In this document: positions 18,154-26,324 of the stretch, one piece after another
Layout: every line of letters begins with the position of its first letter
Position numbering within the stretch: position 1 is the first letter of the stretch
DNA from: Wolbachia endosymbiont (group B) of Hofmannophila pseudospretella
Lineage (GTDB): Bacteria > Pseudomonadota > Alphaproteobacteria > Rickettsiales > Anaplasmataceae
DNA length: 32,000 nucleotides
NCBI RefSeq assembly: GCF_964028515.1
Contig: NZ_OZ034788.1
Coordinates: forward strand, 1,506,473 to 1,538,472
Reading direction: 5' to 3'
Program-made: the position numbers and the translations under genes
Notes under the pieces: generated by a model
What the model was told of the DNA's origin: nothing
Seen by the model: only the letters and a program-made list of their open reading frames with translations
The model's database searches: none

Positions 18154-18484
18154 TACTGATGTTCTTGCTAAAATATTTTTTGAAAAAGTTAGTTGACCTA
18201 TAAATAATTCTCTACTAATACTGGCATGTGTTTGTTTATTCTGCTGAAGTGGCTCCGCAGGTTACTGTATAAGCTTCAGCAGTTTCCGTACTCCTTTAAA
18301 GTATAATTCATCATGCTCTTATAGTAGTGATATCAAGTATAGGTCTTAACCATGTTAATTTATAGTAAAATTAGCTCAAATTTGGAGTCATAAGCAACTT
18401 TTAACCTCTCTATGTACTACATTGTTACTCACCATAAAAACTTAACAAAAATATGAGTAGTAAAAAGATTATGTTGAAATTAGC

Positions 18485-18512
18485 TTGACACATACTACAC
18501 ATTCTATATAAT
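18485..18512 (+). promoter_or_regulatory. Near-consensus sigma-70 promoter upstream of the ankyrin gene
   Basis: TTGACA (18485-18490), a 16-nt spacer, then TATAAT (18507-18512). The -10 ends 29 nt before ATG 18542. Confidence 0.5.
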
Positions 18513-18541
18513 ATATTCTATATCTAGAGCTAGCAGGTAAT

Positions 18542-20719
18542 ATGGGTACAGGGTCAGTAAAATATATTGCAGAACCTATCAGTGAACAAAGCAAACACAC
18601 TGATGAGCAAAAACTGAAGTGTGACCTAAGTGCTGGACAAGAGTGTTCAGAAATAGGTAGCCCAAAAACAGAAGCAACTGAATTACCAGTAGATAGTTAT
18701 TATGAATTCATTAAGCGAGATTTATTTTGGGCTGATAGAAGTTTGATAGATGATAAAAAATACTTAGAGAATTTAATAGATGAGTGGCTTATTCATGCAC
18801 CTAACTTAGGACTGGAAGAGAGTCAAAAAAAGTTAAATCAAAAATTACTCAATAGTATTATAAAAGATTTTAATATGGGAAATCATGACTCATTTTCAAA
18901 TCTTAAGCAGTTTTTAGAAAGTAACGAGAAAAATAAAGACCTGAAGTACGTTCTTAATCTAAAAAGAGGGCATCTAGGAACAACAATATTGAACGTATTT
19001 CTCGAATACGACGAAATTATTCCTTCTCTTCTCAAAGCTGGTGCTGATCTAAATATGCAGGATAATAAAGGTAAAACACTTTTGCATGATACTGCTATTT
19101 ATTCTAGTGGATATGAAGATCTTGGGTATCTCTTAGATGCAAAAGCTGATCCAAATATACAAGATGAAAAAGGTAACACACCTTTACACTATTATGCTGC
19201 TAGGTGTAGTGATCAAAGCAGAAAAACTATGGATTTGCTCATAAGCAAAGGAGCTGATTTAAGCATAAAAAATAACGATGGAAAAACTCCACTGCAAGTT
19301 GCAATTGATAATGACAACATTATAGGATGTTTATTAACTAATAGTCAAAAAAAATTAAGAGAGCAACTAGGTAAAATGCTTCTCGCTACAAGTTCTGATG
19401 AAGATTGGGATAATGCTTATGATCCAGAGGTTGAAAATCTAAGAAAGTTTTTAAATCAATATGAAAATGACAACGACTTAAAGATAGTTTTAAATGTTAA
19501 GGATGATAGTTCAGTACTTCTTGATTCGCCATCTCGTCAATTTCCTAATGTAAAAGCCTTGCTCTTAAAAGCAGGAGCAGCTGATTTTATAGGTAAAAAA
19601 CAAGACAATTATGAAAAATGCGATAGTTTTTTATCAGAGATTTATCAAATAAATTACCTTGCTAAACGCAATGAGTTTTTAAGTAAGGTAGTAAAAGCTA
19701 AAAGCATGATTGAATTACAAGAAGTTGTAAATGAGATTATAGCTTCTGAAATGAGATTAAATTTTGCTAAAGACAAAGATTATTACTTTGCAGATCACGT
19801 ACTAGAAAAAATTGCTCAGCTAGAAGGAAGCTATGGAATTGCCAGTGATATAGTATGTACATTAATATCAAGAGGAGCAAAGTTAAAAAGGTCAGAAAGT
19901 TTAAAAGTCATTGATACAATAGAATTAAAGTTCAAAGCTCATAAGGCTAATATGATCAGTGCTCATTTAGAGTATGTTAGTAATACTGAGGAATTTTTTA
20001 GAATTGCAAAGACTGCTACCAGCGGTCAACTATATGATGGAAAAATCGATAATAATGTATCTTACTTAGAATACTCAGAGGATAGTATAATAGATGTTGC
20101 AAGAATCACAGATAGAACAAGAAATCTGGAACTAATTCAGGAATCATATAGAAGGGATATAATAAAAATTGGCAAAAGTGAGGTGAAAATTATAACCGAA
20201 AACGGCATAAGGTATTACACAGATCTTACAGAAGGCAGCGATATAGTATTAACTTTCTATACTAGTTTGGGAAATATAGACCTTAGACTGTATCCTGACA
20301 TACAGGATAAAAGCAAGATTATAGTAGAAGTGAGTAATAGAGAAGAAATATTAGAAAAATTCAAAGGTCGCGAAGAAGAGTTAGGCAATGATTGCGCGCT
20401 CGGTGACTACTCGGTCTACAATGCTATTGAACAGGGATATTTTGAAAGGTCTGGAAAATTAATGCATCCTGAAGTAATAAGCGAGTCTAACAACAAATGG
20501 ACAGAACGTGAAGAGTTAAGAAAGGATTCTATGGAGGAAGTTGCTAGAAGGCATAAGTCATTACAAGATTTACGCAATATTGAGTCTAATATTGTGAAAA
20601 AGGAGAAGAATTTTGACGTAAAAACTTACCTGATAGATATCTTTAAAATTTTATCTAGGTTCTATGAAGAAAAAGGGGATATTTCTAAGAGCCTGTACAT
20701 GATCTCAAAAAAGAAATAA
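18542..20719 (+). CDS. Ankyrin-repeat protein; the 3' end is replaced by IS5-derived sequence
   Basis: 725 aa. ANK repeats span about aa 143-262 (..LLKAGADLNMQDNKGKTLLHDTA..LLDAKADPNIQDEKGNTPLHYYA..LLISKGADLSIKNNDGKTPLQVA). The last 11 codons and the stop (20686-20719) lie inside the left inverted repeat of the IS5-family element. Confidence 0.85.
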   Translation: MGTGSVKYIAEPISEQSKHTDEQKLKCDLSAGQECSEIGSPKTEATELPVDSYYEFIKRDLFWADRSLIDDKKYLENLIDEWLIHAPNLGLEESQKKLNQKLLNSIIKDFNMGNHDSFSNLKQFLESNEKNKDLKYVLNLKRGHLGTTILNVFLEYDEIIPSLLKAGADLNMQDNKGKTLLHDTAIYSSGYEDLGYLLDAKADPNIQDEKGNTPLHYYAARCSDQSRKTMDLLISKGADLSIKNNDGKTPLQVAIDNDNIIGCLLTNSQKKLREQLGKMLLATSSDEDWDNAYDPEVENLRKFLNQYENDNDLKIVLNVKDDSSVLLDSPSRQFPNVKALLLKAGAADFIGKKQDNYEKCDSFLSEIYQINYLAKRNEFLSKVVKAKSMIELQEVVNEIIASEMRLNFAKDKDYYFADHVLEKIAQLEGSYGIASDIVCTLISRGAKLKRSESLKVIDTIELKFKAHKANMISAHLEYVSNTEEFFRIAKTATSGQLYDGKIDNNVSYLEYSEDSIIDVARITDRTRNLELIQESYRRDIIKIGKSEVKIITENGIRYYTDLTEGSDIVLTFYTSLGNIDLRLYPDIQDKSKIIVEVSNREEILEKFKGREEELGNDCALGDYSVYNAIEQGYFERSGKLMHPEVISESNNKWTEREELRKDSMEEVARRHKSLQDLRNIESNIVKKEKNFDVKTYLIDIFKILSRFYEEKGDISKSLYMISKKK

Positions 20720-21553
20720 AATAAGAGGATAATATAGATAGTGAAGGATATGAGAAGCTCATACCCAAGCGACATAAGTCGGAAAAAATTTGAGATTATT
20801 GTAAAAGATCTAGAGTCTTGCAGGAAAAAAACAAAACCAAGAAAACTTGATTTGTATGAGGTATTTTGTGGAATATTGTACGTCTTAAAAAGCGGTTGCC
20901 AGTGGAGAATGTTACCAACAGAATTTCCAAAATGGCGCAATTGTTACGATTATTTCAAAAAATGGAGTGAAAAGCCAGATACAGCTAAAGAAAGCATTCT
21001 AGAGCGTGTGTTAAAAAAAAATAGTTCGCGTGGTCCGACAAAACAATGGTCGGAAAGAAAAAACCAGCTTTTGCATAATTGATGCACAGAGTGTAAAGAA
21101 TGCAGATACTGCCAAAGAGAAGGGCTATGATGCTGGTAAAAAAATCTCAGGAATAAAGCGTCATATTGCAGTAGATACACAAGGTTTGCCGCACGCAATT
21201 TATGTGACAACGGCAGAAATAACCGATCGTAGTAGTGCTGTGAGAATGGTTAAAAGAGCACAAGAAAATCTCTCTGAAGTTAAAAATATACTGGTTGATG
21301 CTGGGTATACAGGAGAAAATTTTGCAGCTCAGATAAAAGCAACTATTGGTGCAACTGTTGAGGTAATAAAACGCAGTGAATTACATACCTTTGTTGTATT
21401 GCCAAAGAGATGGGTTGTTGAGAGATCTTTTGCTTGGTTGCAAAAATGTAGGCGATTGTGGAAAAATTGCGAGCGGAAACTCAACACTAGCCTGCAAATG
21501 GTCGTTCTTGCTTTCGCTGCTTTGCTTCTGAAAAGATTATGAACAGGCTCTTA
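20686..21553 (+). mobile_element. IS5-family insertion sequence (868 bp)
   Basis: The inverted repeats are TAAGAGCCTGTACATGATC (20686) and GATTATGAACAGGCTCTTA (ending 21553). The transposase lies in two overlapping frames. Confidence 0.85.
20741..21542 (+). CDS. IS5-family transposase, orfA/orfB joined at an A9 tract (a +1 shift is needed)
   Basis: orfA reads ..YPSDISRKKFEII..LKSGCQWRMLPTEFPKWRNCYDYFKKW.. and orfB reads ..FCIIDAQSVKNADTAKEKGYDAGKKISGIKRHIAVDTQGLP..LVDAGYTGENF..VVERSFAWLQKCRRLWKNCERK. The frames overlap at the A9 run 21013-21021. Confidence 0.8.
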
Positions 21554-21701
21554 CTTGCATTACCTTTGCCTGTTATAAAGCGTTTTATAGTTTTAACATT
21601 AACACCTTGGTAGGGAATATTGTTCTCTTCACACCAAGCAGACAGCACTGCAAGAAAACCACCATAGCAATGAGCTGCATCAGTTCCTAGATGTCTTCTT
21701 A

Positions 21702-22802
21702 TACCAAAATCCATTACTGACCGAACAAATAAGAAACATTACAAACTCGTTTAATAGTAGTACTGGAAATATTGACAATAAAATTACACAAAACATCTTC
21801 AAGTAAACCTATGGTATCGTAGATACTATTGCGTAAAGTATTGTATTTGATATATTGCCACAACCTTTCAACAGGATTCAGTTCCGGTGAATAAGGAGGC
21901 AAGTATATGATGGTAATGTTTTCCTGAATTTTCAAACTTTTTGATCTATGCCAACTTGCACAATCCATTACAAGAAAGGCTTCTTTCGTGCCTAAATCTT
22001 TCGACATCTGCTCCAGAAATATATTCATACAATCAGTGTTTACATATGGAGCAAGTAGGCTAATTTTCTTACCACTTCTTGGATTTACCGCACTGTAGAT
22101 ATAGAAATTTTGTCTACCAATTTTCATTTTAACCTGTGTTCTGACCCCTTTTTTAAACCATCCGTGTCCGATTTTTGAATGAGTTCCAAATCGTGATTCA
22201 TCAAAAAAATACCTCCTTTTCAGGGTGGGAATTGACTATTTTATTGAAGTATTTTTTAAACTCTTCTTGCTTGTTTTTATCTTGTTTATGGTGAATTGGC
22301 CTCGGTGTTATGTAAGAAAACTTCATCCTTTGTATCTCACGGTGCACTGTTGATTTGCTAATGTTTAGGCCAAATTCCTCTGAGATTTTTATTTGCACTT
22401 CCTTAATAGTAATATTTGGATTTCTTTCTACCCATATTTCAATTTGCTCACGTTGATTTTTGTTTAATTTGCTTTTTCTTCGCCGCTGAGACGGGGAAAA
22501 TAATCTTTCTACTCTACCAAATTTTAGATGCTTTATCCATTCAGTCAAAGCAGTCCTTGAAATTTTACATATTCTTGCCACAGCGCTTATACTACTTTCT
22601 TTTCCTGCTATCACCGCTTGTAACTTTTTTGAAACATATGCGTTATTTCTGACCTTTTTTAACATTTCTTTCGCCAAATTTACAACTTTTTCGTCTAATA
22701 GTTTTGACCTTAATGCCATTTATACCTCTCTATTTTATCTACTTTAGTATCACTTCTTTCCCATTATTGTCTATCTGTTCTTTATATAGTGGGAATTGGT
22801 AT
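21702..22802 (-). mobile_element. IS630/Tc1-mariner family insertion sequence, copy B (1101 bp), flanked by a TA duplication
   Basis: It has the same ends and internal ORFs as copy A, offset by 13409 bp. The 137-aa, 172-aa and 78-aa ORF translations are identical. TA lies at 21700-21701 and 22803-22804. Both halves of the interrupted RuvC-like gene flank it. Confidence 0.9.
21714..22719 (-). CDS. IS630-family DDE transposase (same T7 frame switch as copy A)
   Basis: ORFs 22201..22719 and 21714..22127 are identical in translation to 8792..9310 and 8305..8718. Confidence 0.85.
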
Positions 22803-23034
22803 TACTTCCTCAAAATACACTGCAGTGAACTCATGTTTCAAAGAATTAAGCCAATTGTGAAAACTTAAAAAACACATTCCACCTCCACTGAAACGGCTAC
22901 CATGAAAGCTTTTGCTTCCACTTTCAATTACTCCATCTGTTAGAATTGCCCAGCCCGTTTGTTTGCCGAGATCTAGTGTTAAGATTGACGTACAAAAACT
23001 CCTTTGTGTAATTAAAGTTCAATGCCCTGTATAA

Positions 23035-23069
23035 TATATATGTACGATGACTCGCAAATTCGTCCGCAA
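23035..23069 (-). promoter_or_regulatory. Conserved 35-bp phage motif, copy 1 (faces the RuvC-like gene)
   Basis: On the minus strand it reads TTGCGGACGAATT-tgcga-GTCATCGTACATATATA, preceded by a T-rich tract. The motif ends 43 nt upstream of the RuvC-like gene start position. Confidence 0.55.
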
Positions 23070-23576
23070 TTTTGAAAAAAAATTAAAAAAAATTTCATAT
23101 CCTGCCATTTGAGTTTTTTTCATCTTTACTTATCTTAATAACTATTTTACATAACTTATATTACGCCAATATTTATATTATTATATTATCATATATTATA
23201 TTTTACCTGTATTTAAATATATATATAATATATATAAGACTTCAGTAATCCGTAAACCCTCTTTACTGGCCGATTTTAGCCACTTAACTTTAGAAACGGC
23301 TTTTAGGAATAGAACATAAAAAAGACAATATTATCAATAACTTAACGATTACTGCTTTCTGAAATACTAATTAGTAACTCAGAAATTAGGTACGAAATTG
23401 GTAGTTTTTTACCTATGAAAAAGTAGCTTCAGTAGTGTATCAAAACGTTTAAATCTTATTTTAATTTTTAAAGATTTTATTCTTTTAGATAAAAAAATTA
23501 TTACTACTTTTTTATAATAAATTAGTCATACAAAGTCTTGGTAAAAATCTCTATTCATGAAACTTTTGGAGTTTTT

Positions 23577-24071
23577 ATGAAGAATTCTTATCAAGGAATC
23601 GATTCTACAATTGTTAAACATGTGAGATTTCAAGCTTCGCGCCTTAAATCCAAAAGCTGTTTTATTAACGAAAGTCTCGAAGATATAGAACAAGAGCTTT
23701 TTTGTCAGGTTTGGCAATATCTTAACCGGCACGATGAGAAAAGAAGTAGTTTTAGTACTTTCGTTGCTAGATTAGCTAATTATTGTGCTCGCAATATGTT
23801 ACGCAATCAGTTATGTCTAAAACGTAATATAACTTTTGATGATATAAACGACGATATTCCAGATCATAGGAACTCGGAAATCGAAGCGATAATTCGCACT
23901 GATATAAATAATATAATTTCAACTTTGTCTGAAAAAGATAGTAATTTATGTCAATTACTTAAGGTATTTACTATTACTGAAGTTTCTGTAATAACCAAAA
24001 TACCAAAGACAACTATCTATCGCACACTAGAACGAATACGCAATAAATTCTCAGTTTTAGAGAAGTTATAA
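23577..24071 (+). CDS. Sigma-70 family (ECF-like) RNA polymerase sigma factor, phage-encoded
   Basis: The region 2-like block is EDIEQELFCQVWQYLNRHDEKRSSFSTFVARLANYCARNMLRNQ. The region 4 HTH is LSEKDSNLCQLLKVFTITEVSVITKIPKTTIYRTLERIRNKF. I prefer ATG 23577 (GGAG 5 nt upstream) over the track's TTG 23538. Confidence 0.8.
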   Translation: MKNSYQGIDSTIVKHVRFQASRLKSKSCFINESLEDIEQELFCQVWQYLNRHDEKRSSFSTFVARLANYCARNMLRNQLCLKRNITFDDINDDIPDHRNSEIEAIIRTDINNIISTLSEKDSNLCQLLKVFTITEVSVITKIPKTTIYRTLERIRNKFSVLEKL

Positions 24072-24110
24072 GCTCTCGATTATATTTGCTCAAAAATTTT
24101 TTTTTGCAAA

Positions 24111-24146
24111 TTGCGGACGAATTGCCTAGGTCATCGTACATATATA
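24111..24146 (+). promoter_or_regulatory. Conserved phage motif, copy 2 (upstream of the AAA_24 ATPase gene block)
   Basis: TTGCGGACGAATT-gcctag-GTCATCGTACATATATA, preceded by a T-rich tract. It ends 19 nt before ATG 24166. Confidence 0.55.
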
Positions 24147-24165
24147 TTTAGGTACTGGGAGAAAA

Positions 24166-24987
24166 ATGAAAATAATGAACAGCAATGAACGGCTAAAAGT
24201 TCAAACAGGTATAAAAATGGTCATCTTTGGTCCTTATGGTATAGGTAAAACTAGTCTCTTAAAGACCATAAATGAACCAACACTTTGTCTTGATTTTGAG
24301 GCAGGTTTACTTGCTGTTCAAGATTGGCAAGGGGATTCTGTAAGTATTCGTACTTGGAATGAGGCAAGAGATATTGCATGTCTCATAGGTGGTCCTAATC
24401 CTGCGTTAAAATCTGACTCAGCGTATAGCCAAAGACACTATGAGCATGTATCCAGTAAATACAAAGAGCTTTCTTCAGAGTTTCTCAAGTATCGATGTGT
24501 TTTTATCGATAGTATTACAGTAGCCTCTCGTTTATGTCTATTATGGGCAAAAATGCAACCTGAAGCTTTTTCTGAAAGATCAGGAAAACAAGATATGAGA
24601 GCTGCTTACGGGTTACTTGCTCAAGAGATGATGGCTTGGCTCAATCAGTTTCAACATATTCCAAATAAAGACATCATTACAGTTGGAACTCTTGGACAAT
24701 ACCTCGATGATTTCAATCGCTCGACTTGGCTACCTCAATGTGAAGGAGCTAAAACTGCAAGTGAAATTCCTGGGATAGTTGACGAAGTAATTAGTATGGT
24801 TGGAATCAAGAAAGATGATGGTACAGAGGTTCGTTCATTTGTCTGTCAGACGATTAATTCTTGGGGATATCCTGCTAAAGATCGAAGTGGTTGCCTTAAT
24901 ATGGTTGAAGAACCGCATCTAGGAAAACTTCTTACAAAAATTAAAACTAAAGCTTTTGCAATTCAACCTGTCACGCCCAACATATAG
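24166..24987 (+). CDS. Phage AAA_24-type (Sak4-like) RecA-fold ATPase
   Basis: Walker A is MVIFGPYGIGKTSLL and Walker B-like is CVFIDSIT. The size (273 aa) and phage context are typical of this family. Confidence 0.7.
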   Translation: MKIMNSNERLKVQTGIKMVIFGPYGIGKTSLLKTINEPTLCLDFEAGLLAVQDWQGDSVSIRTWNEARDIACLIGGPNPALKSDSAYSQRHYEHVSSKYKELSSEFLKYRCVFIDSITVASRLCLLWAKMQPEAFSERSGKQDMRAAYGLLAQEMMAWLNQFQHIPNKDIITVGTLGQYLDDFNRSTWLPQCEGAKTASEIPGIVDEVISMVGIKKDDGTEVRSFVCQTINSWGYPAKDRSGCLNMVEEPHLGKLLTKIKTKAFAIQPVTPNI

Positions 24988-24998
24988 GAGGTTATTAT

Positions 24999-25786
24999 AT
25001 GCTACAAAACTTTTTAACTATTGGTCAAAAAATTCCTTTTTTCAGTGTGAAAGAATACTTGGACGATCGATCGCCAACACCAGAGGATATAATCTCACCA
25101 AGAATTTTAACAAAAAGAGGCTTATTGGTACTGGGTGGCCCACCTAAAATCGGCAAAAGCGACTTTTTGATTTCATGGCTCGTTCATATGGCTGCAGGTG
25201 TTTCTTTTCTTGGTATGGCTTCAAATAGACCTTTAAAAATTTTCTACATGCAAACTGAAATTGAATATGAATATATGAAAGAACGTTTGCAACAACTTGA
25301 TAATGAACTTTTGAATGTAGCTGCTAACAACTTAATCATTACGCCAAAAGTGCACTTATCATTTAATCATGATGAAATAAGTGAAATTAAGGAGATTGTA
25401 AATGAACGCTTTAAACCTGATGTTTTGGCCATAGATCCATTACGTAACATCTTTAGCAGTGAATATGGGAATGAAAATGATAATAGTGCTTGCTGTTCTT
25501 TCTGCAAAAGACTCTTGAGAAGCTACGCAGTGCTGTCAATCCAGATGCTTGTATTGTACTCACTCATCATACAAAAAAATTATCGAAAAAGATGCTCGAA
25601 GAAGATCCATTTCAAGGCCTAAGTGGTGCTGGATCTTTACGTGGATTTTACAGTACTGGTATGGTGATGTTTGCTCATGATGAAGAAAGTAGTGTACGCC
25701 AGATAGTATTTGAGCTTCGTAATGGTGAACGCGTGCAAAATAAACTTGTCGATAAGATAAATGGTCATTGGCAGCTAATGGAATAG
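24999..25786 (+). pseudogene. RepA-like (AAA_25) RecA-fold ATPase, frameshifted paralog
   Basis: ORFs 24999..25622 and 25490..25786 together align collinearly with aa ~180-410 of the 26309..27559 product (LVLGGPPKIGKSDFLISWLVHMAAGVSFLGM..RPLKIFYMQTEIEYEYMKERLQQL vs LVIGGTPKIGKSHFLLSLLVHLAAGRSFLGM..RPLKIFYLQNEMEYDYIRERIQQL; ..LTHHTKK..DPFQGLSGAGSLRGFYSTGMVMF vs ..ITNHTKK..NPFQALVGANALRSFYTSGIVIF). The frame breaks near 25487-25492. Confidence 0.75.
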
Positions 25787-25823
25787 CTAACTTTCACTTT
25801 AAAGTCAACTTATAGGAGAGCGT

Positions 25824-26324
25824 ATGCTACAAGATTTTTTAACTGATTTTAATAATGCAAAACTGCAGAGCAGTTTAATACCGAAAGGTACAATAGTCAA
25901 GGTAAAAATGGCAATAAAGCCTGGAGGTTATGAAAATTGGTTCACTAAAAACTACACTACTGGCAGCATCTATTTAAACACTGAATTTACTGTCACTGAA
26001 GGTCCATATGCAAAACGCAAGATTTTTCAGATTATAGGTATCAAAAATGGCAAAGCAGAAGGTGAAGAAGACATCTGGGGAGAATCTGGACGTTCTATGC
26101 TGCGTAGTATTTTGGAATCATCCAGAAATATTCATGCAAATGACACTTCAGAGAAAGCAGTTACCGCTAGAAGAATAAACTCTATAGCTGATTTCAACGA
26201 TTTAGAGTTTACAGCAAAAGTAGGCGTTGAAACTAATAATACATACGGAGATAGAAATAGGATTACTACAGTTATTACTCCAGAATTACAAAAAAGTTTT
26301 CAAGATGATTGGTTGCCATTTTGA
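25824..26324 (+). CDS. Phage protein, DUF669-like (putative ssDNA-binding partner of the AAA_24 ATPase)
   Basis: 166 aa. The pattern ..LIPKGTIVKVKMAIK..GSIYLNTEFTVTEGPYAKRKIFQIIGI.. resembles what I remember of DUF669 proteins, which usually sit next to Sak4-type ATPases. This functional call rests on memory and is weak. Confidence 0.45.
   Translation: MLQDFLTDFNNAKLQSSLIPKGTIVKVKMAIKPGGYENWFTKNYTTGSIYLNTEFTVTEGPYAKRKIFQIIGIKNGKAEGEEDIWGESGRSMLRSILESSRNIHANDTSEKAVTARRINSIADFNDLEFTAKVGVETNNTYGDRNRITTVITPELQKSFQDDWLPF

Larger units (their letters stand above)
21554..22991 (-). pseudogene. Phage RuvC-like Holliday-junction resolvase, disrupted (IS630 insertion, 3' truncation by IS5, ACG at the expected start)
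   Basis: I joined the reverse translation across the IS630 copy. It gives (ACG)SILTLDLGKQTGWAILTDGVIESGSKSFHGSRFSGGGMCFLSFHNWLNSLKHEFTAVYFEEV|RRHLGTDAAHCYGGFLAVLSAWCEENNIPYQGVNVKTIKRFITGKGNA. It then runs into the IS5 right end. AAGGAG lies 7 nt upstream of ACG (22991..22989), where ATG is expected. Confidence 0.65.

Noticed and set aside
23140-23250. Repetitive TATATA/TATTAT stretch, considered as a possible CRISPR or tandem-repeat array
   Set aside because: The units are 8 bp or less with no unique spacers and no cas genes. This is AT-rich low complexity in an intergenic control region. I kept it only as a weak iteron-like lead.
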